DNA of 64,000 nt, from the NCBI GenBank assembly GCA_963705305.1, contig OY970067.1, positions 3,264,001 to 3,328,000 on the forward strand. The letters are read 5' to 3'. Under the pieces are notes generated by a model. It saw only the letters and a program-made list of their open reading frames with translations. It ran no database searches and was not told the origin of the DNA. Positions within the stretch are counted from its first letter, which is position 1; every line of letters starts with the position of its first letter. The DNA is from an uncultured Methylomirabilota bacterium (GTDB lineage: Bacteria; Methylomirabilota; Methylomirabilia; Methylomirabilales; 2-02-FULL-66-22). Shown here in pieces: positions 1 to 9,061 of this stretch. The position numbers were made by a program, and so were the translations under genes.

Positions 1-725
1 TCGCTCAGGAAAACCTGCACGGGCTGGGTGCCCTTCCGCTCGTTGCATGCCTGGCAGCTCAGCGTCAGGTTGCTGATCCGGTCGCTTCCGCCGTTTGTCT
101 TGGGGACGATGTGCTCGACCTGAAGAGGCCGATCACCTCCGTAACAGTAGGCACACCGCCGGCCGAACTTCTCCAAAAGGTACTCCCGGATCTCGTACCC
201 GGCCAGGGTGCCCTGCTGGTACTCGATTCCCACGATCTCCGGATTAACGAGGAACTGTGTGTCGAATCGGACCCGCTCGAGCGTGACGGCAATGATTGGT
301 ACCAGACGCTGGTAACGGGTGACCCACATCTGGACGGTGTCCACCCGGTGCTGGAGCGATGGCGCGAGCCAGCCCTCGGGGCGCCGGCGGTTGTCGAACC
401 GGGGCGGCCGATAGCGAAGGTTGGCGCCGCGGCGCCGGCGGCGGTAAGCCCGCCGCTGAGAGAGGGCCTTGTGGATGGTGTCACCGCGGTGTTCGAGTTC
501 CGCGAGGTGGAGGACCACCTGCTCGCCGGGGCGGGGTTCTCGGACGAGGGCGATCCCGGTGACCCTGCCCCCCGGGTCCAGCTTGAGGCGGACGGGTTGG
601 AGGGTGCTCTGATCTCGCGTCCGGTCCACCAGCCGGATGGTGAACGGCTGGAGGCGGTGCACCCGCGCCCGCTTCTCGGGGCAGGGCATCAGGGGTTGTT
701 TCCGCTTGTCGAGGACAAAGACCAT
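1..725 (-). CDS. iscB: IscB RNA-guided endonuclease (IS200/IS605 OMEGA system), runs off the window
   Basis: Manual translation from ATG at 725: MVFVLDKRKQPLMPC (PLMP), LKLDPGGRVTGIA (RuvC-I), RRAYRRRRR (bridge helix), LERVRFD (RuvC-II), CAYC..VEHIVPK..GGSDRISNLTLSCQACN (HNH); no stop before base 1. Confidence 0.95.
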   Translation of the reverse strand, partial: MVFVLDKRKQPLMPCPEKRARVHRLQPFTIRLVDRTRDQSTLQPVRLKLDPGGRVTGIALVREPRPGEQVVLHLAELEHRGDTIHKALSQRRAYRRRRRGANLRYRPPRFDNRRRPEGWLAPSLQHRVDTVQMWVTRYQRLVPIIAVTLERVRFDTQFLVNPEIVGIEYQQGTLAGYEIREYLLEKFGRRCAYCYGGDRPLQVEHIVPKTNGGSDRISNLTLSCQACNERKGTQPVQVFLS

Positions 726-1024
726 TGCTCGGACCTTTGGAGTGTGTCGCCCTCACGGGCCTGGTGACGGAGCCCTGGTGGGCTCGCTCCTCTCGACGAT
801 GTTGGCAGCCGGTGGTGAAGGCCGGCCCCCGTTTCGGGCCTACCCGGGGCGTGTCTGCAGGGCCGGCTTCCAGAGCGGCGGGCTGAGGAAGCACCCGCCG
901 GTGGGTCGGGACCTACTGCCAACGGAGTCCGTAACCGACCGGACTGGGTCTGGTAAACCGGTGGGCTCTCACATGGCTATTACCCTTCCGTGAAAGCCCT
1001 CGACTTGGGTCGAGGGTGGTTTAC
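726..1024 (-). ncRNA. omega-RNA (HEARO-like) scaffold of the IscB element
   Basis: Minus strand begins GTAAACCACCCTCGACCCAAGTCGAGGGC (end hairpin), with GTTTACCAGACCCAG, TGCTTCCTCAGC and AACATCGTCGAGAGGA resembling conserved HEARO segments, directly upstream of iscB. Confidence 0.85.
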
Positions 1025-1268
1025 AGAGCAGGAGTTCGGTTCGCACGCCCATTCCTCCATGGTCGGGGTCCAGGAGGATGCGGCGCACCGCGTCTCCGAT
1101 CGGGGTTCCGCCTGGTTCGTGTGTCTGGGTCACGGTGTAGCCCACGCTCTGGAGGTGCGCTACCAATCCTTCGATCTGCGTTCCCTTGCCTCCGCCCTCT
1201 CCCCCCTCGAAGGTCAGGAGGTATCCACGGGATTGGTGCGTGCTGGTGTGCTGCGTCATCATTATCAT
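1025..1268 (-). pseudogene. tmk: Thymidylate kinase N-terminal fragment interrupted by the IscB element
   Basis: LLTFEGGEGGGKGTQ P-loop, THEPGGTPIG and TELLL, then abrupt switch into the omega-RNA at 1024. Confidence 0.88.
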
Positions 1269-1540
1269 CGTTGTTGTTGCCTCTGCCGGGCCTCGGCCAC
1301 GCGGGCGTTCACGTACAGGTGGCCAAGCTCCAGTAGCACGGGGGCCTGCCTCCGGCGTGTTTCCCGGATCTCGAGGGCGCCAGTTGGATAGAGCGTGACC
1401 ACGAGGGTGTCGTTGTAGCCGTGGGAAATGCGTGAGACCACGACCTTGAAGCTTCGCGGCTGTGTCAGTCGGCGAAACCGGGGTCTGCGGTCAGTCTGCC
1501 GGTTCTTTGGTTGTTCGCGTTCGTTGGACTGTGTGCCCAC
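1265..1540 (-). CDS. Small hypothetical protein
   Basis: GTG start; stop overlaps the tmk start region; protein-like C-terminal half. Confidence 0.45.
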   Translation of the reverse strand: MGTQSNEREQPKNRQTDRRPRFRRLTQPRSFKVVVSRISHGYNDTLVVTLYPTGALEIRETRRRQAPVLLELGHLYVNARVAEARQRQQQR

Positions 1541-2493
1541 GCCTGCCTTCCCTTCAGAGGGCGGTGCCATCCGGGAAGCGGGGAATTTGATTGCGCCACG
1601 GCTCCGGCGACGTGCGTTGGCGTCGCGTATGGGCAATCGGGGTGACCACCCTGGATTGAGCAGCGTAGTCCCAGCTGAGCCAGTTTTACGTCTCCCCAGA
1701 GCTCGTCACAGGTCGGGACCGCCTCTGGTCCGTAGGCGGCTGCCAGCTTTTGGCGGAGCCGCAGACCATCCTGGCTGTCCGCGATGGGGGCTCGTTCCTC
1801 ACCGCTTCTGCCGTGTGCACTGGGGACGTACACGTCTCGGGCGATCGCCAGCCGGAGTCCGTACTGTCGGCACCGGAGCGCGTACTCAAGGTCCCGCCCT
1901 CTTCCCATGAACCCTGGATCAGGGGCACCGATCCGGCGCAGGGTTCGGGCGGGGATGAGAACACACGCCAGGCTCAGCCAGTAGGTGAGGAGGGTTTCTC
2001 CCCGGTATCGGTCTTCCAGCAGGGCTGCCCGCTCTTCTGGCGTGACGTGGGCGCAGACGATCGCGTCAAGGTGACGGGTGAGTTGCTGCTCGCCCGTTCC
2101 CCCGTCCGTGACGGGTCCGATGGCCGCGACGGTTGGCAAGGACTGGAGGCGTCCAGAGAGCCGTGTGAGCCAGTGGGGCATGACGAGTTGGTCTGCGCTC
2201 AGGAGGGCCATCTGCTCGTCCGGGAACCTTTCGAGGGCTCGCTGGATTGTCTGCCCCACGCTGTCGTGCGCGTCGTGCTGAATGCTATGGACTCTCCCGC
2301 CTACGGGTGGGTCACCGCGTGTCCCGCCTGCACTATCCGTGATCACCACGAGGCGATATGGCAGGTCCGTGTGCCGATGAATGCGATCCAGACATTCAGG
2401 GAGCGCCAGGTCTGACCTTGTCGCAATGACGAAGATGGTCGTGTGCGGGAGGCGGCTGCCTTCGGGAATCGGCTGACGTATGCTCAGGCGCAT
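1465..2493 (-). CDS. Glycosyltransferase family 2-like protein (degenerate DxD region)
   Basis: CLDRIHRHTDLPYRLVVITD, WLTRL, AAIGPVT, DLEYALRCRQYG match GT2 patterns. Confidence 0.7.
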   Translation of the reverse strand: MRLSIRQPIPEGSRLPHTTIFVIATRSDLALPECLDRIHRHTDLPYRLVVITDSAGGTRGDPPVGGRVHSIQHDAHDSVGQTIQRALERFPDEQMALLSADQLVMPHWLTRLSGRLQSLPTVAAIGPVTDGGTGEQQLTRHLDAIVCAHVTPEERAALLEDRYRGETLLTYWLSLACVLIPARTLRRIGAPDPGFMGRGRDLEYALRCRQYGLRLAIARDVYVPSAHGRSGEERAPIADSQDGLRLRQKLAAAYGPEAVPTCDELWGDVKLAQLGLRCSIQGGHPDCPYATPTHVAGAVAQSNSPLPGWHRPLKGRQAWAHSPTNANNQRTGRLTADPGFAD

Positions 2494-2521
2494 CGTGGGT
2501 ATTCTCCGGGATGTCGGGTCA

Positions 2522-3073
2522 TTACCGCGGTGGGCTGCTCAGGATGCGATCTAAGGCTTGTGAAGCGTTCACGCGGACCACCAGGTTTGCCTCGCGCTGC
2601 AGCTGGCGGAGCACCGGCACCGCCTCGGTCGCGTAAGGCCCCATCTGTCCAAGGGTGAAGATGATCTGCTTTTGCACCGCCGGGATCGGTTCTGTTTCCA
2701 GGAGATTCGCCAGCGGCACGGCGGCCGGCTCGCTCGCCGCCCCAAGGGGGACGAATGACTTGACAGCCGCGATGCGGGCGCTCGGATCTTCATCCTGGAG
2801 CGCCCAGATGAATATCGGCACCGCGGCCGCGCCCGTCTCGCGCAGGAGGAGGAGCGCGTTGAGACGCTGCTTGGGATCGGCGGACTCCATCATGGCTTCC
2901 AGTTGGGCCTTGGTGTATCCCCGGAGGGTGGGCTCTCCCGGCGTTGCTGGTGTGGTGGGCGCCGGGGTGGGGCTGCTGGCGGCACGGCTGTGGGCCGGGT
3001 TGGTCAGTTCCAGTATGAACAGACCTGCGAAGAACCGGAGGATCCTGCGGCGGGTCACGGGTGATGGAGTCAC
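2522..3073 (-). CDS. HEAT-repeat protein with twin-arginine-like signal peptide
   Basis: TRRRILRFF N-terminus, Pro/Thr linker, repeats ALQDEDPSARIAAV / LLETEPIPAVQKQIIFTLG. Confidence 0.75.
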   Translation of the reverse strand: MTPSPVTRRRILRFFAGLFILELTNPAHSRAASSPTPAPTTPATPGEPTLRGYTKAQLEAMMESADPKQRLNALLLLRETGAAAVPIFIWALQDEDPSARIAAVKSFVPLGAASEPAAVPLANLLETEPIPAVQKQIIFTLGQMGPYATEAVPVLRQLQREANLVVRVNASQALDRILSSPPR

Positions 3074-3082
3074 GCGGCCACT

Positions 3083-3123
3083 CCCCTGTCTCTCAGGCGC
3101 GTCGTGCGCCTGAGAGACAGGGG
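3083..3123. repeat. Perfect 18-bp inverted repeat
   Basis: CCCCTGTCTCTCAGGCGC-gtcgt-GCGCCTGAGAGACAGGGG. Confidence 0.9.
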
Positions 3124-3571
3124 GCCAGGGCGACCCGGAGCACCTCCGGGGTCACCGGAATGCCGGTCCGCATGCTGAGACCATACACCATCCAGGTGGC
3201 GATCAGCTTGCAGGCCGTGTACAGCCAGGTGTGCATTCCTGCTCCTCCTGTTTGGTTCGGTGGTCCGGCATCGTGTCCCTGGGGTGATCCTCATCGGCCT
3301 TCGTGAGGTCTATGCCTCGCAGGCGGCCGCAGGATGGCACGCACCCCGGGTGATCACAAGTACAGGAAATTCCCCGGCGTCTGTTAGTCGGCGCGGGCGG
3401 TGCCATTGGGAGATCCTCTGGGCTCTACGGCCTTCAGACAGGTTGTTTCAGCATCCGGCAAGCCGGCCCGCCAATTGTCCTTATGCGTCCGATTGCCAAA
3501 TCCGCAGGAGTCCCGTAGACTGCCGCATAGCCGCCGAGGCCCGGACCCCCTCGGCACCCCCAGAGTACAGC

Positions 3572-3961
3572 ATGGCAGAGACGGCACACTGGCGCTGCGA
3601 CTTCTGCGCCGCCCCGGATCCGGTCTGGCTCTACCCGGCGCGGACGTTTCCCGCCTACGAGGTGTCCGGTGCCACCACCGACTACACGGGGGAGAGCGAG
3701 GGGGCCTGGCTCGCCTGCGCCGATTGCCACACCTTCATCGAGCGCGCCTCCGCGAACCCCGTCGACCGCGAGCGGTTCGCCCGCCGGTGCGCCACGATCC
3801 TGGGGCGCAGCCTCCAACTTTCCCAGCGGCAGGTCCTCCCCCAAGTGGAGCAGATCCATGCCGGCTTCTTCGACAACCGCCTCGGGACCGGTCGACCGTG
3901 GACCGCGGCCGACGCCGTCGACGAGCCACCCCCGCCCCTCAGGATCACCCCGCTCGACTGA
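3572..3961 (+). CDS. Hypothetical Zn-finger-like protein
   Basis: CDFC ... WLACADC; high-GC3 codon pattern from ATG 3572. Confidence 0.65.
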   Translation: MAETAHWRCDFCAAPDPVWLYPARTFPAYEVSGATTDYTGESEGAWLACADCHTFIERASANPVDRERFARRCATILGRSLQLSQRQVLPQVEQIHAGFFDNRLGTGRPWTAADAVDEPPPPLRITPLD

Positions 3962-4419
3962 ACGCGCCCGCCAGAGGGAATCCGTCCCCCACCAGTTCCA
4001 AGGTCCGCTGCCCTCCGGGGTATCCTCTGTGCCTGGATCCTGCCCGCGCCCAGAGCTTTCCCACCACGCACCAGGTTTTGCCCGAGCCTGCGAAATACGT
4101 GCATAGGGCGCTCGTATCGCGCCACTTGCTCGGATTAACCCCAGCCGCGGAGCTTGCACGCCTCGGCCACGAGAGCATCTCAACCTGTCGATTCTCCTGA
4201 TTCGCCCAACGTTGCTTCATCTCACAGGGAAAGAACGGCGCGCCACATTGACGCGGGGGGAGGATCCCGCACTTGATGGGAGCTCCTTTGCGGGGAGTAA
4301 AGTCCAGTAGGATCCCCGAAGGTGAGGTCGTGATCGCAACATGCGGGCGATTCGGTGCGCTTGTGGCCGGCCGAACATTCAAAGCAACACGCCGTGTTGC
4401 ATACGGAATCCCGATCCGC

Positions 4420-5181
4420 TCAGTTGTTCCGGGGATCGGCCAGCGGGAGGTGGAACGTATGGAGCGGCGTCAGTCGTTTTGACTCATTCGGCCTGGCCGG
4501 CGGGACGAGCATGAGGTGGGAGTCCATCACGAAGATCTGCCGGCGGTTGTAGTACGTCAGGGCGAGGAGCATCGGGAGGACCCAGGTCAGGTGGAGCAGC
4601 GTGATGCCCATCTCTTCCGGCGGGCGGGGGGCCATCGCAGCCCGGAGGTGCGCCACCTCCGGACTCCGGGCGAGGAGATCCACATAGGCGTCTGACAGCC
4701 GGGTGGCGGTGAGCACGTCCTCCGGGCGCTCTTGCGACCGACAGGGCATGCCTCGGGGATCCACGAGGAGGGCCGCCGTCCCGGCCCAGGCGTCCCGGAT
4801 GTGGCTTCCGAAGCAGAACAGGTCGAGGCGGGAGTCCGGATGGACCGTCGTCTCCGGGCTCGCCCAGGGTTCGGGGGACATCGGTTGGGCGACCACCATC
4901 GTCCCGAGGTGGGGCGCGGGTTGGCTGGCGGTGCCGGCACGCCCTGGCGCCTGTCCCCAGTGCCACGGCAGGTGCCACTCTCCCCAGACGTGGGGCCAGG
5001 GCAGAGCGCAGTGGGTGGCTCGGCGCCAGAGTTGGTCGCGGCCCTCGCGGTCCAGTTGTTCGTGGTACAGATCGGCGACGGCCTGAATGCCCAGGATTCG
5101 GCTGTCAGCCAAGGCCTGGCGGAAGGCCCGCTGGTTGGCGGCGGGGAGCTGGGTGAGCAGGTGGGGGGCGGTAGGGGTCAT
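4420..5181 (-). CDS. Hypothetical protein
   Basis: 253-aa ORF co-oriented and closely spaced with neighbours. Confidence 0.55.
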   Translation of the reverse strand: MTPTAPHLLTQLPAANQRAFRQALADSRILGIQAVADLYHEQLDREGRDQLWRRATHCALPWPHVWGEWHLPWHWGQAPGRAGTASQPAPHLGTMVVAQPMSPEPWASPETTVHPDSRLDLFCFGSHIRDAWAGTAALLVDPRGMPCRSQERPEDVLTATRLSDAYVDLLARSPEVAHLRAAMAPRPPEEMGITLLHLTWVLPMLLALTYYNRRQIFVMDSHLMLVPPARPNESKRLTPLHTFHLPLADPRNN

Positions 5182-5197
5182 GGGTCTTCCGGGGGCC

Positions 5198-5815
5198 TTA
5201 CCTGAGGCGATAGCGGATCAGTTCGGCCCCTGGGTCGTCGGCCGTCATTGCCCGGGGGGCGCCCTGGACGTACTCGCGCTTCACGACCTGCTTCAGCATC
5301 GGGGCGTACCAGCTGTAGTAGCTGATCACCGGATCGTCGGGCTTGGTGTCGAGGATCTTGAGGGCGCTGAACGCTCCGGCTGGCGTCTGGATGAACTCGC
5401 ACAGCACCACTTCCCGCCGGTGCTGCTCCAGGATCATCGGGCCGCCGCCCCGGGGGTAATAGGTCTGCACGTAGCTCCACGCCTTCCCGATCTGGAGGGG
5501 GAAGTCCCAGCTCTTGTCGCTGTGCGTGACCAGCCGGTTCGTCATGGTGATCACCTCGTCCTTCCCCTGGAGGCCTTTCTGTCCGGTCTGCTCGCCGTCA
5601 AGAGAGGTGTAGAAGTACACGTTCCCTTCGTCGAGCCATCCCACGCGTTCCGCGGTCTCATGACCAGTGGTTGTCCGCCAGACCCACTCTTCGTTCTCCT
5701 GGTAGGTAGGCTGCTGGATGGAATCGCTGCAGTCCCATGTACGCAGTGTCGCGGCACAGCTGCTGAGGAGGATGAGGAAGGTGACCGGGAACCAGCATCG
5801 TTGTCGAGGGATCAT
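5198..5815 (-). CDS. Putative lipoprotein
   Basis: Hydrophobic stretch + LSSC lipobox; C-terminal TPAGAF..WYAP motif. Confidence 0.65.
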   Translation of the reverse strand: MIPRQRCWFPVTFLILLSSCAATLRTWDCSDSIQQPTYQENEEWVWRTTTGHETAERVGWLDEGNVYFYTSLDGEQTGQKGLQGKDEVITMTNRLVTHSDKSWDFPLQIGKAWSYVQTYYPRGGGPMILEQHRREVVLCEFIQTPAGAFSALKILDTKPDDPVISYYSWYAPMLKQVVKREYVQGAPRAMTADDPGAELIRYRLR

Positions 5816-6254
5816 GGGGGCATCCTCTTTCGCGGGAGGGTTATTCGCACGGCGCGCGCACCCTTGGAGTCGACGGGGACCTGCCGTGCAACCTTAGTTC
5901 TCCCTCGAGGTGCCGAATAGGGCAGCTTTCTGCAGACCCGCCTTTGGATCGTTCCTGGAGGCTGTGGAGTGTGCGTGTCACTCCCCCGTGACTGTCCGGC
6001 CCCGCTCCCCTGGACGAAGTCCTGGCTCCGTGCCAGCGCTCGGGCCTCCGCGGCACTTCGGCTGGTTGGCTGGCTCCTGCCCTCCCGGTGGGCGTTGTCG
6101 ATCCGGCACACGCGAACCGCGAACTCCCGCTCCCTGGCAATGGACTGACGGCCGTGCTCGGCATCCGTGTTCCTTGGTGCGTGTTGGGTCGGTTCGCCAA
6201 CCGTTCGGGCGCCGCCCGCCTGCCAGGCGGGCTGGACCCCCGAGATGGCAATCC

Positions 6255-7832
6255 TCACCGGTTCGGGTCCGATCGCTTCGCAAACACCGGGGTGCGGAGC
6301 GGAGGGGCCGGCCGGGCTGGGGTTGATGCGCTTGTCATGGCCGTCCGCCGTGCGATGGCGGGGGCGACCGCGCTCAGTCCCGTCCCTGCCGGGGTCGTTG
6401 GCATTCGGAGCGGAGTTGGGCGTTTGCTGGGGGTCTGCTGCACTCCGGCCTCTCCGTTTCCGTTGCTCGGTGCGGGCGCGCGGGTCTCCTTCCGGACGGT
6501 CGCCTTTCCGGCCCCCTCTCCGAGTGCTTGTGCCCCCCTCACCACGCCGTCCTCGATGATGATTCCCACGTTGTCCGAGACTACTTCGATCCAGATCTGG
6601 AAGTCCTTTTCCCGGACCATCTCCCGGATGAGCGCCATGCTCTCCTCGTCCAGCAGGCTCCCGTCGCTGATCCGGATGACCCGGATCTCGGGGTTGAGGG
6701 CCATGGCGATCGCCAGGGAGACGCGGAGCTGCTCCGAGCTCGAGGCCTGCTGGAACGGCTTGCCGTTGAAGGTCACGCCGTCTTCCGAGAACCCCAGGCC
6801 GGCGACAGGAAACTTGGCCTGCTGGAGCGCCGTCGCCTTGACGGCCTCGATCTCCGTCAGGCGGGCTGTCAGCGCGTTGCTCTGGGCCTGCAGGCGCTCC
6901 ACGTCCGCCTGCTGCACGCGGTATTTCTGCCCGCCCCGGATGGCGTCGTTGCGTTGCTCCAGAGTCGCGAGCTGGTCCCGGAGGCTCGCCAGGTCCGGAT
7001 CCACCAGGGTCGCCACCTGGGCCGCCGTCCTGGTGCCGCGCTCCACCAGCGCGTCGTACTCTCGCTGCGTTTTCTCCCGCTCCTGCCGCAGGTTCGCGAG
7101 CCGCGTCTCCATCTCCGCGATCTCGCGGTCCAGCTTCTCCAGGTCCTGCTTGGCGGTCTTCGCCTCTGTCCGGAGTGTCTCAAGGTGCTGCCGCTGCGTG
7201 GCGTTCGCGAGGCGCGCGTCCTGAGCTGCCTGGATCGCCTTCAGCAGATCGGCCGCACTGATGCCCGTCTCCGGCAGATCCGCCGCCGGGAGCGTCATCT
7301 TCGCGAGAGCGCCCTGCTGCTGCTTGAGGCTCCGATTCACCCCGGTGCGCTCAACGAAGGCGGTCCCGTACTCCGCGTCCAGCGCCGTCAGGTTCTGTTC
7401 GAGCCCCGGGTCCAACCGGAAGAGGGTGTCCCGCTGGTCTTTCCCTTCCATGCGCATGAACGCCAGGGGGTCGAAGGACAGCTTGCCGACCAGCTTGTCG
7501 AGGAAGGCCTGGGGTGACGTCACCTTGGTCCGCGCATCGTCCTTCAGGCGAACCGTCAGGTAGTTCGTCTCGTTGTCCGTGAACGTCCGCTTGATCTCGA
7601 TCTCGCTCAGATCCAGGTCGATGTCCGCGTGCTCGGCCCCCTCCCGGATGGGCTGCGGCGTCCGCTTCTGCATCGACGCGAAGTCAATGGCGCCCTGGAT
7701 CATGTCGAGAACGCTGGTCTTGCCCTGGCTGTTCCTCCCCCCGATCAGGATGACGTGCTCATCCGGGTTGGGGGTGATATCCACGGCCCGGATCTTCTTG
7801 AAGTTATGTCCGGTCAGGCGAAGGATCTTCAT
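6255..7832 (-). CDS. SbcC/Rad50-like coiled-coil ATPase (phage/plasmid type)
   Basis: MKILRLTGHNFKKI, Walker A GRNSQGKT, long coiled coil, signature-like ASSSEQ, IRISDG. Confidence 0.85.
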   Translation of the reverse strand: MKILRLTGHNFKKIRAVDITPNPDEHVILIGGRNSQGKTSVLDMIQGAIDFASMQKRTPQPIREGAEHADIDLDLSEIEIKRTFTDNETNYLTVRLKDDARTKVTSPQAFLDKLVGKLSFDPLAFMRMEGKDQRDTLFRLDPGLEQNLTALDAEYGTAFVERTGVNRSLKQQQGALAKMTLPAADLPETGISAADLLKAIQAAQDARLANATQRQHLETLRTEAKTAKQDLEKLDREIAEMETRLANLRQEREKTQREYDALVERGTRTAAQVATLVDPDLASLRDQLATLEQRNDAIRGGQKYRVQQADVERLQAQSNALTARLTEIEAVKATALQQAKFPVAGLGFSEDGVTFNGKPFQQASSSEQLRVSLAIAMALNPEIRVIRISDGSLLDEESMALIREMVREKDFQIWIEVVSDNVGIIIEDGVVRGAQALGEGAGKATVRKETRAPAPSNGNGEAGVQQTPSKRPTPLRMPTTPAGTGLSAVAPAIARRTAMTSASTPARPAPPLRTPVFAKRSDPNR

Positions 7833-8266
7833 TGGTGTCTCCGTGAGGTGCTGCACGCGGGGCCGGCACGGCACGCGTTGCGCGGGGTTCGCTGCTCGAG
7901 GTTCCATGGGAAGTGTGCTCGGGGTGCTCACGAGTGCTGGTTCCGGCCGGCAGGCGGGGATCGCATCCGGGATTCGTTTGAGCGGATCGGCCAGGACTGT
8001 GCTGAAAGAGGCGTACGCTTGCGGAGAGAACCGGTCAACGGCCCCCGGCTGAAACCGTGGGCTTGGAAGAGCCCAGATCGTTCACCAGCCTCTATTCGGG
8101 AAGGGGGAACCGAGTTCCGTCGATTTGGTCAGGACACTCCGGAATGCGCGGCAAGCTCCAGGGCTGCTGTCGCTACGTTTTTCCCGTGGTGGTCAAGCTA
8201 GGGGCGTGAGGAATCTAACGGGTGGCAGGTGCGGACGTACCTTACCCTGGCTGGGGGCGCAGGTGG

Positions 8267-8662
8267 TCAGGCAAATCCCACCTGGGCTTCGACCCAGGAT
8301 TTGATGAGCTCGGCAGACTGCAGGGCGCGCTGGGCTTCCTCCCCGGAGAAATGGGTGGGCCAGTGCACAGGGTAGCGCGTCTCCACGTAAAATGCGCTCA
8401 GGTACTCGCAGGCCTCGCGGAGCCGGTCCACGGCAGGATCATGCGCGGCGCAGATCTTGAGGAGCAGGGGGAGGTCGTGGAGCTTCCGGAAGTCGAGATC
8501 ATGGGCGACGATGTACGCCTTCAGGTACTTCTCGGCCGCTTGATGAAAGTGGAAGCAGATCTGGGCGTAGAAGGGTTTCCCCTCCTTGAGGTTCACCCGG
8601 GCGAACGCGAAGTCATCCGCCGCCTTCTCGATCCACTCCTGGACGAGCCGGGCCTCAGCCAT
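8267..8662 (-). CDS. HEPN domain protein
   Basis: CFHFHQAAEKYLKA, KLHDL, TRYP; overlaps the MNT stop. Confidence 0.9.
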   Translation of the reverse strand: MAEARLVQEWIEKAADDFAFARVNLKEGKPFYAQICFHFHQAAEKYLKAYIVAHDLDFRKLHDLPLLLKICAAHDPAVDRLREACEYLSAFYVETRYPVHWPTHFSGEEAQRALQSAELIKSWVEAQVGFA

Positions 8663-8972
8663 GGAGGATCTTGCCTTCGCGGAGGATCGCTTTCAGGAAA
8701 GGATCGCCTAGGGCGAGCCGTTCCTCGAACTCTTCGGGCCGATAGACCAGGAAGTCCACCGGGATGTTCCGCTCGATCAGCCGCTGGAGTTCGCGGATCC
8801 GATCGGCGCCCAAGCGCGGACAGTCCCGCTTGATGATCAGGAAATCGGCGTCGCTCTCGGGATGCAGGTCGCCGCGGGCCGCGCTGCCGAAGAGGATGAT
8901 CCGCTCCGGAGCGTACTTCGCGACGAGTTGCGCGGTGATGCGCTCGATTTCCTCAGCCACGTTGACATCCAT
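8655..8972 (-). CDS. Minimal nucleotidyltransferase (MNT)
   Basis: ILFGSAARGDLHPESDADFLII (GS-x10-DxD). Confidence 0.9.
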   Translation of the reverse strand: MDVNVAEEIERITAQLVAKYAPERIILFGSAARGDLHPESDADFLIIKRDCPRLGADRIRELQRLIERNIPVDFLVYRPEEFEERLALGDPFLKAILREGKILHG

Positions 8973-9061
8973 GCCGTCCCCTGCTTGGTAGTCACCCAAG
9001 GGCATGCTATCGGCTTCCTCGTGCGGAGTCAAGGCTGGAACGCCGTCAGTCTCGCCTATCC

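Noticed and set aside
111..767. 218-aa plus-strand ORF and other long antisense ORFs (e.g. 10824-12539, 19016-20767, 54046-56532)
   Set aside because: Shadows of real opposite-strand genes in high-GC DNA; 111-767 is the antisense frame of iscB
726..1030. IStron (group I intron) that would rescue tmk
   Set aside because: The omega-RNA starts directly at the junction; no room or motifs for an intron core on this side
8213..8266. Integron attC downstream of HEPN (ATCTAAC)
   Set aside because: No complementary core site or attC-like stem
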